Positions 48,401 to 56,676 of a stretch of 64,000 nucleotides of DNA are shown here, piece after piece (positions within the stretch are counted from its first letter, which is position 1; every line of letters begins with the position of its first letter). The notes beneath the pieces are model-generated. The model saw nothing but the letters and a program-made list of their open reading frames with translations. It was not told the DNA's origin and did no database searches. Both the position numbers and the translations under genes were made by a program. The stretch comes from Chthoniobacteraceae bacterium (lineage in GTDB: Bacteria; Verrucomicrobiota; Verrucomicrobiia; Chthoniobacterales; Chthoniobacteraceae): assembly GCA_031409655.1 (NCBI GenBank), contig JANNXQ010000273.1:29766-93765 (forward strand), read 5' to 3'.

Positions 48401-49767
48401 CGCGTGGCGCCGACGGGATACTGCTGGACGATCCCGCCGTCGCGGCAGGAGACGCGGAGATAAGGTGTGGAGCGATCCGAAGGGCGGATTTCCTCGATGC
48501 TGTGCGCCGCGCCGCCATCGCGCACAGGGGGAAATCGCAGGCGGCAGCACTCGGCGACGGTGGAGAGGAAGTCATCTGGACGAATTGGGCTTTCGCTCTC
48601 TTTGAACTTACTGGGGCGAAACACGCGCCGCTCGAATGCTTCGTCCAAATCGTCCGAGAGACCTTTGTCCCACCCCTTGGTTGCGGCCTGGGCGAACGCA
48701 GGCACTGGCGGGATAAGACGGCGAACATCGCGCCAAGAATGGGACACTTCTTTGATTCCTGCGCGGTAAGCTTGTTTATAGCGAGTCTCGTCGGCCCACT
48801 CCTTTTCATCAGGCATGTAGAAGCGTGCGCGAATGCGGACACCTTCGGGGTTTAGGATGAGGAATTGATATTGATTGGGCACGCCGTAGGGGCGGATGTC
48901 TTGTTTCAGTCCCGCGCTGCCGGTGGCGAACCAGGGGAACTTGTCGCGCACTTGTCCAAACCGCGCGCGGTGCGTGTGGCCGTGCATTACCAGGTGCAAG
49001 TGTGATCCCAGGACGCGCTCGAAGTCCTCGGAGTCGCGGAGGTTTTCGTCATCGGTCCGCGCGCCGCGTTCGAGATTGTGATGAACGGCACCGACGTGGA
49101 GCCAGCCGTGGTATTCCGGAGACCCGAGCTTTTCCGCGAACCAACGAAGCTGCTTCTCCCCACACCACCCGGCGTGCTTGGGGCGGAGATTGTCCGGGAG
49201 ATTTGGCAGGCTGCCATCCGTGGGCCAGTCGGGGCCGTCGACGAACGTCGAGTTCAGCCCCGCGACGACGACTTCCAGCTCTGGAATCTCAAAGAGCGAC
49301 CACGGCTCGTCGGGGGTGAAGCGGACGCCGGGCACGTATTTGTAAAACTCGCCGAAGGCCGCCGCGTATTGCTGCCACTTTGGAAACCACGGCGGGACAA
49401 TCGTCTCGCCGGACTCGACGCAGCGCTCGAAGTAGCGGAGGCATTCCTTGCGATGCACGTCGTGATTGCCGGGGATGGTGATGACGCGGTCGCGTCCGAG
49501 CCCTAGCTTCTTGGCAAGCGAATCGAGGAAGCGGAAAGCGTCGGCGAATTCCGTAGGCCACGCCCATTCGGCTAGATCGCCGGTGCAGACGAGCAGATCG
49601 GGCTGCAAGCCTTCGGACTTTCGCAGGGCGTCGATGTCGTCCCAGATGCGCTCGAGCAGAGTGTCGAACTCATTGGGCGGCGCTTCGGTGTCCTGCGGAA
49701 ATTGATGGTGCCGGCCAAACTGCATGTCGGAGACATGCAGCAAAGTGAGGGAACGCTCGTCCGCCAT
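45403..49767 (-). CDS. NLR-like STAND protein: metallophosphoesterase + NACHT NTPase + pentapeptide repeats + 7 WD40 repeats
   Basis: HVSDMQFG, TGDLAE, PGNHD, HGHTH; Walker A GEFGTGKT, Walker B LLFDGFDE, VSCRT, NPRML, FVHQSVMEW; A(D/N)LxG repeats; 42-aa WD40 repeats. Confidence 0.9.
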   Translation of the reverse strand: MADERSLTLLHVSDMQFGRHHQFPQDTEAPPNEFDTLLERIWDDIDALRKSEGLQPDLLVCTGDLAEWAWPTEFADAFRFLDSLAKKLGLGRDRVITIPGNHDVHRKECLRYFERCVESGETIVPPWFPKWQQYAAAFGEFYKYVPGVRFTPDEPWSLFEIPELEVVVAGLNSTFVDGPDWPTDGSLPNLPDNLRPKHAGWCGEKQLRWFAEKLGSPEYHGWLHVGAVHHNLERGARTDDENLRDSEDFERVLGSHLHLVMHGHTHRARFGQVRDKFPWFATGSAGLKQDIRPYGVPNQYQFLILNPEGVRIRARFYMPDEKEWADETRYKQAYRAGIKEVSHSWRDVRRLIPPVPAFAQAATKGWDKGLSDDLDEAFERRVFRPSKFKESESPIRPDDFLSTVAECCRLRFPPVRDGGAAHSIEEIRPSDRSTPYLRVSCRDGGIVQQYPVGATRDRPTREVLTQFAEEVLAQYRAAAPRTMGEFVFGGGLVAGDELRHHAATCGLRLRSLLEYQGLIDFAPYLEKQNARLAQDDIYPPHLYVPQRMGFEAGAQRASTDAALDQVSAWLVEPDPRFILILGEFGTGKTFLLRQVALRLGQMDAAPVPLLIELRYLEKARKLDELLAQHFARQQFDRFDLTALHYMMRQGRVVLLFDGFDELALRVGYAQAAEHLDTLIEAAEGDARVVVSCRTSYFENDRQIRLALGRHVERVRGLRWCRLQPFDRSQIFSFLLHRFGSEAEAHAWQRLLQEVHDLLGLGENPRMLSFICQLQREQLEEAERRTGSISAAELYRILLLKHWLGYEITRRFPRGVPVILSAEQWLDPATVLALALWTRTDRWLALDELRQAVRDALERYAPDKLNAVEEAVHVLGDGTLFIRDEDGRFSFVHQSVMEWLVARRIAEELTERNVRSLLGFHALSPLMAEFLCALNLDGCRWWIERNWFGEAPESDAFDKNTLQLREWLGSAGLKRVEMPGADLRGQDLTKLDLRGANLRDADLREALLSNCDLSGADLTGANLVKAVCDGAKFVGAKLDGVQAEGCSAMGADFTGATMAEGKWRRARLLAAALTGEQAQEMELSGAALPDRAGVALRLPASASAYAVAWSPDGTLLATGHHDHTIRILDAGTGLELLACKGHNKSVMAVIWSPNGTRLASGSDDQTVRVWEAQSGRELLVCKGHERPVAAVSWSPDGTRLASGSYDGTVRVWEAHSGRELLACKGHEGYVMAVSWSPDALRLASGSVDRTVRVWEAQSGREVLACKGHERPVAAVSWSPDGTRLVSGSFDHTVRVWEAHSGRELLACKGHGGYVSAVSWSPDGTRLASSSYDQTVRVWEAHRAWELLACTGHSRPVNAVRWSPDGTRLASGSSDWTVRVWEAQSGRELLCYKGYKGELPEISDDGRMRWPPRRPNGEPIPLTESFHGAGLCRFTLEEARRWRPDLFFDDDEPVVS
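45590..46470 (-). repeat. Seven highly similar 126-bp WD40 coding repeats
   Basis: Consensus xxxVxAVSWSPDGTRLASGSxDxTVRVWEAxSGRELLACKGH; also near-identical at DNA level. Confidence 0.92.
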
Positions 49768-49942
49768 AGATTGAGGCGTTGTGCCTGAGGGCAGGAATAT
49801 TACGAGCGGGAAATTGCAGGGAGACGCTAATCTTCGGCATCGAACCCGCTCGCGATGGTGCCAGACTGGGGGTCGGCTTTTGACAAGGGTCACCCGAGAA
49901 AATCTTCGTGCGCTCGGGGGTGGGTCGCTCTCAATATCGGGG

Positions 49943-50998
49943 ATGCCTACGATGCTCGATACTACGCAACTCGGTGAGCCGGTCGAAGTCGGTCAGATCG
50001 GGAAGGAGATCAAGAAGCTTTGGGATTCGTCCGGGGGAGCGACGACGCGGGCTTCGCTGATCAATTTTGCGGTGTATTGCGAGGGGATCGCGAAGGCGGC
50101 AGAGAATACGGAGTGGATCAATGAGTTTACCCGCAATCATGCCTGCCGGGCGCTGCTCATCATCGCGGAGCCGAAGGCGGCGGAGAGCAAGGTGAGTGCG
50201 TGGATCAATGCGCACTGTCATCTGAGTCGCGCGGGAGCGAAGCAGGTCTGTTGTGAGCAGATTTCCTTTTTGCTGGAGGGGAAGGCGTGCGGGTTTATCC
50301 CGAATATCGTCTTTGCGAATCTGGATTCGGATTTGCCGCTGCACTTTTGGTGGCAGGGGGAATTTCACGATCCGATCGATGCGCAGCTCTGGGCCTGGGT
50401 GGATCGGCTGATCTTTGACAGTCAGTCGTGGACGAATCCGAGACAACAGTTTGCGCTGCTCCAGGAGTCGATCGCGGCGGCGCAGGCGCATCTGACTTTG
50501 TGCGATTTGAATTGGGCGCGGTCGCTGCGGCTGCGGCAGGCGCTGTCGCAGATGTTTGATCATCCGGAGAATGTGCCGATCCTGCACCACTTGCAGACGG
50601 TGGAGATCGCGCATGCGCCGGAATTTCGCTCGACGGCGTTGTTGCTGGTGGGTTGGTTTGCCGCGCAACTCAAGCTCTCACCCCAGCGGCAGGAGGGGGA
50701 TCGGCTTTTCTTCAGTGGGGCGGATGGGCGCAAGGTACATTTTGATCTGGCGGCGACGCCGGGGCGTTCGCTGAGTCGGTGTCGGATCGCGTCGGACGAT
50801 GGGGCGGTGGAGGTGCGCCGGGATGTGGACGGGGATTTTTTCCACGTGGAGGTGAGCCTGCCGGGGGACCGGATCTACCGGCACGTGCTGCCGGCGGGTT
50901 GCAATGAGACGCTGAGTTTGCTGACGGATGAGATCGGCCTGGGCAGCCGGCACCGCGTGTATCTGAAGGCGCTGGCGGCGACCCGGGCGCTTTTCTGA
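49943..50998 (+). CDS. opcA: G6PDH assembly protein OpcA
   Basis: TRASLINF, HACRALL, VCCEQI, DSDLPLHFWW, VDRLIFDS, DLNWAR; zwf lies upstream in the same orientation. Confidence 0.88.
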   Translation: MPTMLDTTQLGEPVEVGQIGKEIKKLWDSSGGATTRASLINFAVYCEGIAKAAENTEWINEFTRNHACRALLIIAEPKAAESKVSAWINAHCHLSRAGAKQVCCEQISFLLEGKACGFIPNIVFANLDSDLPLHFWWQGEFHDPIDAQLWAWVDRLIFDSQSWTNPRQQFALLQESIAAAQAHLTLCDLNWARSLRLRQALSQMFDHPENVPILHHLQTVEIAHAPEFRSTALLLVGWFAAQLKLSPQRQEGDRLFFSGADGRKVHFDLAATPGRSLSRCRIASDDGAVEVRRDVDGDFFHVEVSLPGDRIYRHVLPAGCNETLSLLTDEIGLGSRHRVYLKALAATRALF

Positions 50999-51023
50999 GC
51001 GGAGGGCGTCCCCGGAATCGCCG

Positions 51024-51485
51024 CTACTTCCGGCGCTTGTTGAACTCGGCGGCTTCGCGATCCATCTCGCGTTTGCTGACGCGGGCTTTGATGTCGGCAC
51101 GCTGATCGTGGTGCTCTTTGCCTTTAGCCACGCCGAGCTCGATCTTCACGTGCGCATCTTTCCAATACATCCGCAGGGCGACGATGGTGCGGCCTTCGAC
51201 TTGCGTGAGGCCGAGGAGGCGGTCGATTTCCTTCCGATGGACGAGCAGGCGACGACGGCGCTTGGGCTCGTGCTGCTCGAAGCTCGCGCGGGCGTAGGGC
51301 TGGATATCGACGTCGAAGAGGAAAAGCTGGCGACCTTCGACGCGGGCAAAGGCGTTGTTCACATTGGCCAGACCACCCCGGATGGATTTGACCTCGGTGC
51401 CCTTGAGTTCGATGCCGGCCTCGAGACGTTCGAGGATGTGGTAATCCCGCAGTGCTTTGCGGTTGACCGAGATGTCCGCCTCCAT
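51024..51485 (-). CDS. smpB: SsrA-binding protein
   Basis: NRKALRDY, EAGIELKGTEVKSIR, GVAKGK. Confidence 0.97.
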   Translation of the reverse strand: MEADISVNRKALRDYHILERLEAGIELKGTEVKSIRGGLANVNNAFARVEGRQLFLFDVDIQPYARASFEQHEPKRRRRLLVHRKEIDRLLGLTQVEGRTIVALRMYWKDAHVKIELGVAKGKEHHDQRADIKARVSKREMDREAAEFNKRRK

Positions 51486-51513
51486 GCGAGTGGCGCGACC
51501 GCGCCGCAGCGGC

Positions 51514-51732
51514 CTAGGCCTTTTCGGCTTCGGGAGGGGTCGGCGGTTCGAAGTTCAGCTTTCCTTCGATGATCTCGGTGAGCGCGATATCGGAGTAGCC
51601 CATGCGGAGCGTGGTCTCGACCATCGGCCGGTGTCCCTGAGTCAACTGGCGGACGCGCTTGGAGACGACGTTCACGAGGGTTTGCTGGCTGGGGATTACC
51701 TTAAAGGCCTCGTCGAGTAGGGAGCTGGTCAT
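51514..51732 (-). CDS. rpoZ: RNA polymerase omega subunit
   Basis: LVNVVSKRVRQL, IALTEIIEGKL; 72 aa. Confidence 0.85.
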   Translation of the reverse strand: MTSSLLDEAFKVIPSQQTLVNVVSKRVRQLTQGHRPMVETTLRMGYSDIALTEIIEGKLNFEPPTPPEAEKA

Positions 51733-51832
51733 AATGGGCGCGGAAACGTCGGGATAAAACGGGTCGGGAGATTGGTGGCCGTCCCAGGCTTTGTCAACGG
51801 GAGATATGCGGGGAGGCGAGCCGCCCTGGCGC

Positions 51833-52276
51833 TTACCGTTTCCGCAGGGTGATTCGTTTGATCCGAGAATCGTCCGGCGGGCTCCAGGTCTGGATTTCCG
51901 GGTCGTCCTTGAAGACGTTGTGCACGATCCGGCGCTCGTAGGCGTTCATGGGATCGAGGTGGTAAGGCCGTCCGGTCTGGCGGACCGCTTCGGCGAGCTG
52001 GCGCACGCGATGAGCGAGGGCGTCGTCCTGCATTTCCCGCCAGTGTTCGACATCGACCTGGACTTTCGGCGCAGTCTTATCCTTGGCTTGGAGCACGCGG
52101 TTCAAGAGGAGTTGGGTGTCTTCGAGGAGCGCGCCATTGCGGCCGAGGAGGCGATCCTTTTCCGCGGAATAGATCATCAGCGTGGGGCCATGCTCGTGTT
52201 CGATTTCCTTGATCTCGCAGACAAAGCCGAGGTGGCCGAGCATGGTGTCGAGGGTTTCGAGGGCGTTCAGACTCAT
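51833..52276 (-). CDS. Jag/KhpB-like RNA-binding protein (KH + R3H; no Jag_N domain)
   Basis: LLGRNGALL..TQLLLN, PMNAYERRIVH; canonical position after yidC. Confidence 0.88.
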   Translation of the reverse strand: MSLNALETLDTMLGHLGFVCEIKEIEHEHGPTLMIYSAEKDRLLGRNGALLEDTQLLLNRVLQAKDKTAPKVQVDVEHWREMQDDALAHRVRQLAEAVRQTGRPYHLDPMNAYERRIVHNVFKDDPEIQTWSPPDDSRIKRITLRKR

Positions 52277-52287
52277 GGGATGAGGTG

Positions 52288-54066
52288 TTACTTTTTCTTC
52301 TTCGGCGGGGCCAGCTTCTTGAGTTCGGGCGGAGCCTGATTCCGCGTCGCATAGAGTTGCACGACGGAGAAGAGATTCTGCACCGTCCAGTAGAGCGCCA
52401 GCGCGGAGGCAAAATTATAGCAGAAGGCGATGAAGATCAACGGCATGAACATCATGATCTTCTGCTGCGTGGCGTCGCCCGACTTTGGCGAGATGGCCAT
52501 GGACCAGAGCATCGTGCCGGCCATCAGCAGCGGGAGCACATTGAGCGGCCAGCCGAGCATGGGCAGGTGGGCGATGGTGTCCGGCTGCGAGAGATCCTGC
52601 ACCCACAGGAACTTGCTGTTCCGCAGTTCGACCGCTTTGCCGAGCATGTTATAGAAGCCGAAGAAAATCGGGATCTGGACGAGCATGGGCAGACAGCCGC
52701 CGACGGGACTGACGCCGTAGTCCTTATACAGCTTCATGATCTCCATGTTCATCTTCTGGGGATCGTCCTTATGCTTTTCCCGCAACTCCGTCATTTTCGG
52801 CGTCAGCAGGCCCATCTTCTTCATGGAGTTGGTCGCTTTGTTTTGCAGCGGCCAGAGGAGGAGCTTGATGACGATGGTGAGCACCACGATCGCCGCGGCG
52901 TAGCTACCGAGGCGCGCGTGCAACCAGTTCATCGAGTTCAGCAGCGTCTTGCTGACGAAGCCGAACATGCCGAAGTCCATGATGCGCTCTTCTTCGGCAG
53001 GGAGGCGCTTCAGCCGCGAGTACTCGCGGGGGCCGGTGTAGATCTGGAAGGTCTGCGTCTGGGTCTTGCCGGGTTCGAGGGTGAAGGCGGGGAGGCCCAG
53101 CGCGCCTTCGATGCCGTGACGCTCACCGCTCTGCCCGTCCCGGGAACGCCCCGCTGCGGTCCAGTCGGCATCCGAAATCACAGTCCGCCGCGCCCACACG
53201 GCACTGCCGAGCTGCTTCGCCTGCCCGGCACTGTCCTGAGCGGTAGTCACGGGGCTCACGAGCGTGCTGAAGTATTGATTAGTGACGCCCGCCCAGCGGA
53301 TGCCGCTGAGGGGGGCCGGCTGTTCGGGATAGATCGGCCGAGCGCCCCCACCGAAGCCGAGAAAGCCGCCGCCGCCGAACCAGGTCACATCCACGAACTT
53401 GGGCGCCGCGTCGTAGGTAAAGCCGGTGTAGATGGCCTGGTCCATCTGATGGATCGGGGCCGCACCGCCGAGATGCACGTAGTAGCCGGGGACGGCGATG
53501 GCGGCCGGAGTCGGATTCGTGAAGGTGACATCCAGCGTGAGCAGATACTCCTCGGGATCGCTGGCCCGGGGGAACTGAAACTTCTTCGTCAGCCGCAACT
53601 GTCCCGCCATCTCTCGCTCGTAGGTTGCCGAGCCCGCGATCGGGTCTGCTGTGCCCGTGTAAACGGCGCGGACATCGTCCCCCGGCTGGAGGGTCACGGC
53701 ACCGATCGGCGTGTTGCTGAAATCATTCAGGAACATCCGGAGATCGCGTTCCGCGGCATGCTTGAGCAGGGCCACTTTCGCCACGCCCCCGCCAAGATTC
53801 GTGAGCGCATACTCCACCGACGGCGAGGTTACTTTGCCAATCTCCTCGGGAACGGAGGGCGGCGCCGCAATGACGGGGGCGGCCGCAACGGGCGTGACCA
53901 CGGGTGCGGGCGCTTCCGCCGCTTTGGCCTGGCTCTCGGCCAGGGCCGCGGCCTTTTCCTGCGCCCGGAAGGCGGCGAGTTTCTGACTCTCGCGTTGGGT
54001 GTAAAAAGTCCACGCGAACAGCGTCACGAGGGACAGGGCAATGGCGATGATTCCTTTGCGATCCAT
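52288..54066 (-). CDS. yidC: Membrane protein insertase YidC
   Basis: TNLGG, YTGPREY, GGCLPMLVQIPIF, WVQDLSQPD, LALYW. Confidence 0.96.
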   Translation of the reverse strand: MDRKGIIAIALSLVTLFAWTFYTQRESQKLAAFRAQEKAAALAESQAKAAEAPAPVVTPVAAAPVIAAPPSVPEEIGKVTSPSVEYALTNLGGGVAKVALLKHAAERDLRMFLNDFSNTPIGAVTLQPGDDVRAVYTGTADPIAGSATYEREMAGQLRLTKKFQFPRASDPEEYLLTLDVTFTNPTPAAIAVPGYYVHLGGAAPIHQMDQAIYTGFTYDAAPKFVDVTWFGGGGFLGFGGGARPIYPEQPAPLSGIRWAGVTNQYFSTLVSPVTTAQDSAGQAKQLGSAVWARRTVISDADWTAAGRSRDGQSGERHGIEGALGLPAFTLEPGKTQTQTFQIYTGPREYSRLKRLPAEEERIMDFGMFGFVSKTLLNSMNWLHARLGSYAAAIVVLTIVIKLLLWPLQNKATNSMKKMGLLTPKMTELREKHKDDPQKMNMEIMKLYKDYGVSPVGGCLPMLVQIPIFFGFYNMLGKAVELRNSKFLWVQDLSQPDTIAHLPMLGWPLNVLPLLMAGTMLWSMAISPKSGDATQQKIMMFMPLIFIAFCYNFASALALYWTVQNLFSVVQLYATRNQAPPELKKLAPPKKKK

Positions 54067-54070
54067 GGCC

Positions 54071-54415
54071 CTAGAGGGAAGTTCGGAGTTCGAATGAGGC
54101 GCGCGCGCGCGGGGTGGGATGGGGGCAGTCGCAAACAGGGTGTTCCATGATTTTTTCTTCGCTGCCTGGGGGAGATTTTTGCGCCAGCGACTGAGGCACG
54201 AGGTCGATCCCCTGCCCACCCCACGGATGGCACCGCCCGAGCCGCCTCACCCCGAGCCAGCTACCCCGCGTGAATCCATGCGTTTCGACGGCCTCGACCA
54301 AGTAATCCGAACAGCTCGGCTCAAAGCGGCAACCGCCACCCGGGCCCGCCATCCACGCGAGCAGCGGTGAGATGAAAAGCTTGTAGCCACGATGCAGGGC
54401 ACGAATCAGGAGCAT
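54071..54415 (-). CDS. yidD: Membrane protein insertion efficiency factor YidD
   Basis: [26 protein letters not shown]. Confidence 0.93.
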   Translation of the reverse strand: MLLIRALHRGYKLFISPLLAWMAGPGGGCRFEPSCSDYLVEAVETHGFTRGSWLGVRRLGRCHPWGGQGIDLVPQSLAQKSPPGSEEKIMEHPVCDCPHPTPRARASFELRTSL

Positions 54416-54777
54416 GATGGGGCGAGGATCGAACTCCGCCGCGCCAGCCGTGTCCAGTCTTCGCGGAGCGCCGAAGATTCCGCAGTCGCCGCGGAAGGGC
54501 GCGCGATGAGCACCAGCCAGAGGCCGTGCCTGATCTCGCCTTGAGCCAGTCGGACGATCTCGCGGAGCCGCCGGCGCGCACGATTGCGAAGCACCGCACC
54601 ACCCACCCGCCGCGACGTGACGATGCCGACGCGTGTCGTGACTGCGGCCTCGACCTTGAGAACACTCAGGATCATCAGCTTTCCGTGGAAGGACTCACCC
54701 TCGCGCCGCATCCTCGCAAACTCCCCCGCGCGGTTGAGACGCGCCGATTTCGGAAAGCGCAGACGGGTTGGAGGCAT
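54406..54777 (-). CDS. rnpA: Ribonuclease P protein component
   Basis: [32 protein letters not shown] (RNR motif). Confidence 0.95.
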   Translation of the reverse strand: MPPTRLRFPKSARLNRAGEFARMRREGESFHGKLMILSVLKVEAAVTTRVGIVTSRRVGGAVLRNRARRRLREIVRLAQGEIRHGLWLVLIARPSAATAESSALREDWTRLARRSSILAPSCS

Positions 54778-54868
54778 TGAAGATTTCAGATTTCAGATTT
54801 CAGATTGGCGTCCCCCGATCGGGAGCGCGGCACATCTGCGATCTGCAATCTTCAATCTGAAATTCAAT
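54776..54868. repeat. Palindrome with tandem-heptamer arms (AGATTTC)n ... (ATCTGCA/ATCTGAA)n
   Basis: TTGA AGATTTC x3 AGATTGG, spacer with CCCGATCGGG, then ATCTGCG ATCTGCA ATCTTCA ATCTGAA ATTCAA. Fills the whole rpmH-rnpA gap. Confidence 0.85.
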
Positions 54869-55041
54869 CAGGCTTCCGTGTGACGCTTGAAGTGGATCTC
54901 GACGCCCTTTGGCAGGAGGCGCTTGCGACCGCGCTGGCGGCGGCGGGCAAGGATGGCCCGGCCATTCTTGGTGGACATGCGTTTGCGAAAGCCAAACTGC
55001 TGTTTGCGCGTGCGCTTGGACGGTTGATAGGTGCGTTTCAT
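54868..55041 (-). CDS. rpmH: 50S ribosomal protein L34
   Basis: [42 protein letters not shown], with a C-terminal extension. Confidence 0.97.
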   Translation of the reverse strand: MKRTYQPSKRTRKQQFGFRKRMSTKNGRAILARRRQRGRKRLLPKGVEIHFKRHTEA

Positions 55042-55070
55042 AGGCCGGTGTCTCTGGAAAAAGGAGGGGC

Positions 55071-55098
55071 AGTCTAGCGGGCGAAGGTGGGGTGTCAA
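55071..55098 (-). promoter_or_regulatory. Sigma-70 promoter of the rpmH operon
   Basis: Minus strand TTGACA-16 bp-TAGACT, ~30 bp upstream of the rpmH ATG. Confidence 0.65.
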
Positions 55099-55313
55099 CG
55101 GCCCTTTGCGCTGGAAAACGCCGGCGTTTTTGCCCGTGTTTCGGGCGACTTTCGGAACTCCCAACCCCCGCCGCGAGCCTCCGCCAGAACCAGTGCTGTG
55201 CAAGGCGAAGAGTGCGTTTCCAAACGCCGTCTTCGGGTCCAATTCCGTCGTTCTGGCTAAGCTTGTCTTTTGAATTCGGATCAGGCAGGGAGTCTCCACA
55301 TCCCCTCCCCTCC

Positions 55314-56666
55314 ATGAACAATCCTCCCGCCACGCTCAATCGCCGCCGTTTCCTCCGCCACACTGCCCTCGCCACCGGCGCGGCAGTGCTCGGTGCGCCC
55401 GCTTTCCTCCGTGGGAAGGGGCTCAATGAAAAACTGGACCTCGCCGTCATCGGCTGCGGCAACCGCGGCGCGGCGAATCTCAGCTCCGTGGGCACGGAGA
55501 ATATCGTCGCCATCTGCGACGTGAATGGCGACCGGCTCGCCAGCGCCGGCGACAAACATCCCTCGGCGCAGCGCTTCGTGGACTACCGCAGGCTCTTCGA
55601 CGAAATGCGCCACCTCGACGGCGTGGTGGTGAGCACGCCGGAGCACACGCACGCCTTCGTCACCATGGCCGCGCTGCAACTCGGCAAGCATGTGTACTGC
55701 GAGAAGCCGCTCACGCACTCAGTGTGGGAAGCGCGCAAGATCACCGAGGCCGCGCGGGCGGCGCGGGTGGCGACGCAGATGGGCACGCAAATGCACGCCA
55801 CGTCGAATATGCGCCGCGTGGTGGAACTCGTGCAAAGCGGGGCGATCGGCAAAGTGCGCGAGACTCATGTCTGGGTCTCGCGAGCGTGGGGCTGGCAGAG
55901 CGAGGAAGCGGCGGCGAAGAACAAGGACATCGTCTCCGTGCGCGAACGGCCCGCGGGTTCCTCGCCGATCCCGCCAGGGCTCGACTGGGATCTGTGGGTC
56001 GGGCCCGCGCCGATGCGGCCCTTTCACGAAGTCTATTTCCCCGGACCGAAGTGGTATCGCTGGTGGGACTTTGGCAGCGGCACGATGAGCGATCTCGGCA
56101 GCCACTGGAATGACTTCGCCTTCTGGGCGCTGAAGCTCGACGCGCCGCTCACCATCGAAGCGAGCGGTCCGCCGCCGCACCCGGAGATCGCGCCGGCGTC
56201 GATGTCCGCCACTTACACCTACGGCGCTCGGGGTGACCTGCCGCCGGTGACGCTCACGTGGTATCAGGGCGAGGCAAAGCCGAAGATCTGGCACGACGGC
56301 GGCATCCCGCAGTGGGCGAATGGGGTGCTCTTCATCGGCGAGAAAGGAATGGTGCTCGCCGACTACTCGAAAAACATCCTCCTGCCCGAGGCGGACTTCA
56401 AAGACTTCAAACGGCCCGAGCCCTTCATCCCCGAGTCCATCGGCCACCACGCCGAGTGGATCAAAGCGTGCAAAGACGGCAGCCCGACGACGTGCAATTT
56501 CGACTACGCCGGCGCGCTCACCGAGGCGAACCATCTTGGGAATGTCGCGTATCGCGTGGGGAAAAAAATCATCTGGGACGCCGCGAAGCTCACTGTCACG
56601 AATGCGCCGGAAGCGGCGCAGATCATCCGGCGCGAGTATCGCGAAGGGTGGTCGCTCGGGGCGTGA
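55314..56666 (+). CDS. Tat-exported Gfo/Idh/MocA oxidoreductase
   Basis: [38 protein letters not shown]. Confidence 0.92.
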   Translation: MNNPPATLNRRRFLRHTALATGAAVLGAPAFLRGKGLNEKLDLAVIGCGNRGAANLSSVGTENIVAICDVNGDRLASAGDKHPSAQRFVDYRRLFDEMRHLDGVVVSTPEHTHAFVTMAALQLGKHVYCEKPLTHSVWEARKITEAARAARVATQMGTQMHATSNMRRVVELVQSGAIGKVRETHVWVSRAWGWQSEEAAAKNKDIVSVRERPAGSSPIPPGLDWDLWVGPAPMRPFHEVYFPGPKWYRWWDFGSGTMSDLGSHWNDFAFWALKLDAPLTIEASGPPPHPEIAPASMSATYTYGARGDLPPVTLTWYQGEAKPKIWHDGGIPQWANGVLFIGEKGMVLADYSKNILLPEADFKDFKRPEPFIPESIGHHAEWIKACKDGSPTTCNFDYAGALTEANHLGNVAYRVGKKIIWDAAKLTVTNAPEAAQIIRREYREGWSLGA

Positions 56667-56676
56667 CCTGGCTGCC

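Noticed and set aside
55042..55313. oriC upstream of rpmH
   Set aside because: No dnaA gene, no TTATCCACA-like boxes and no AT-rich unwinding element seen.
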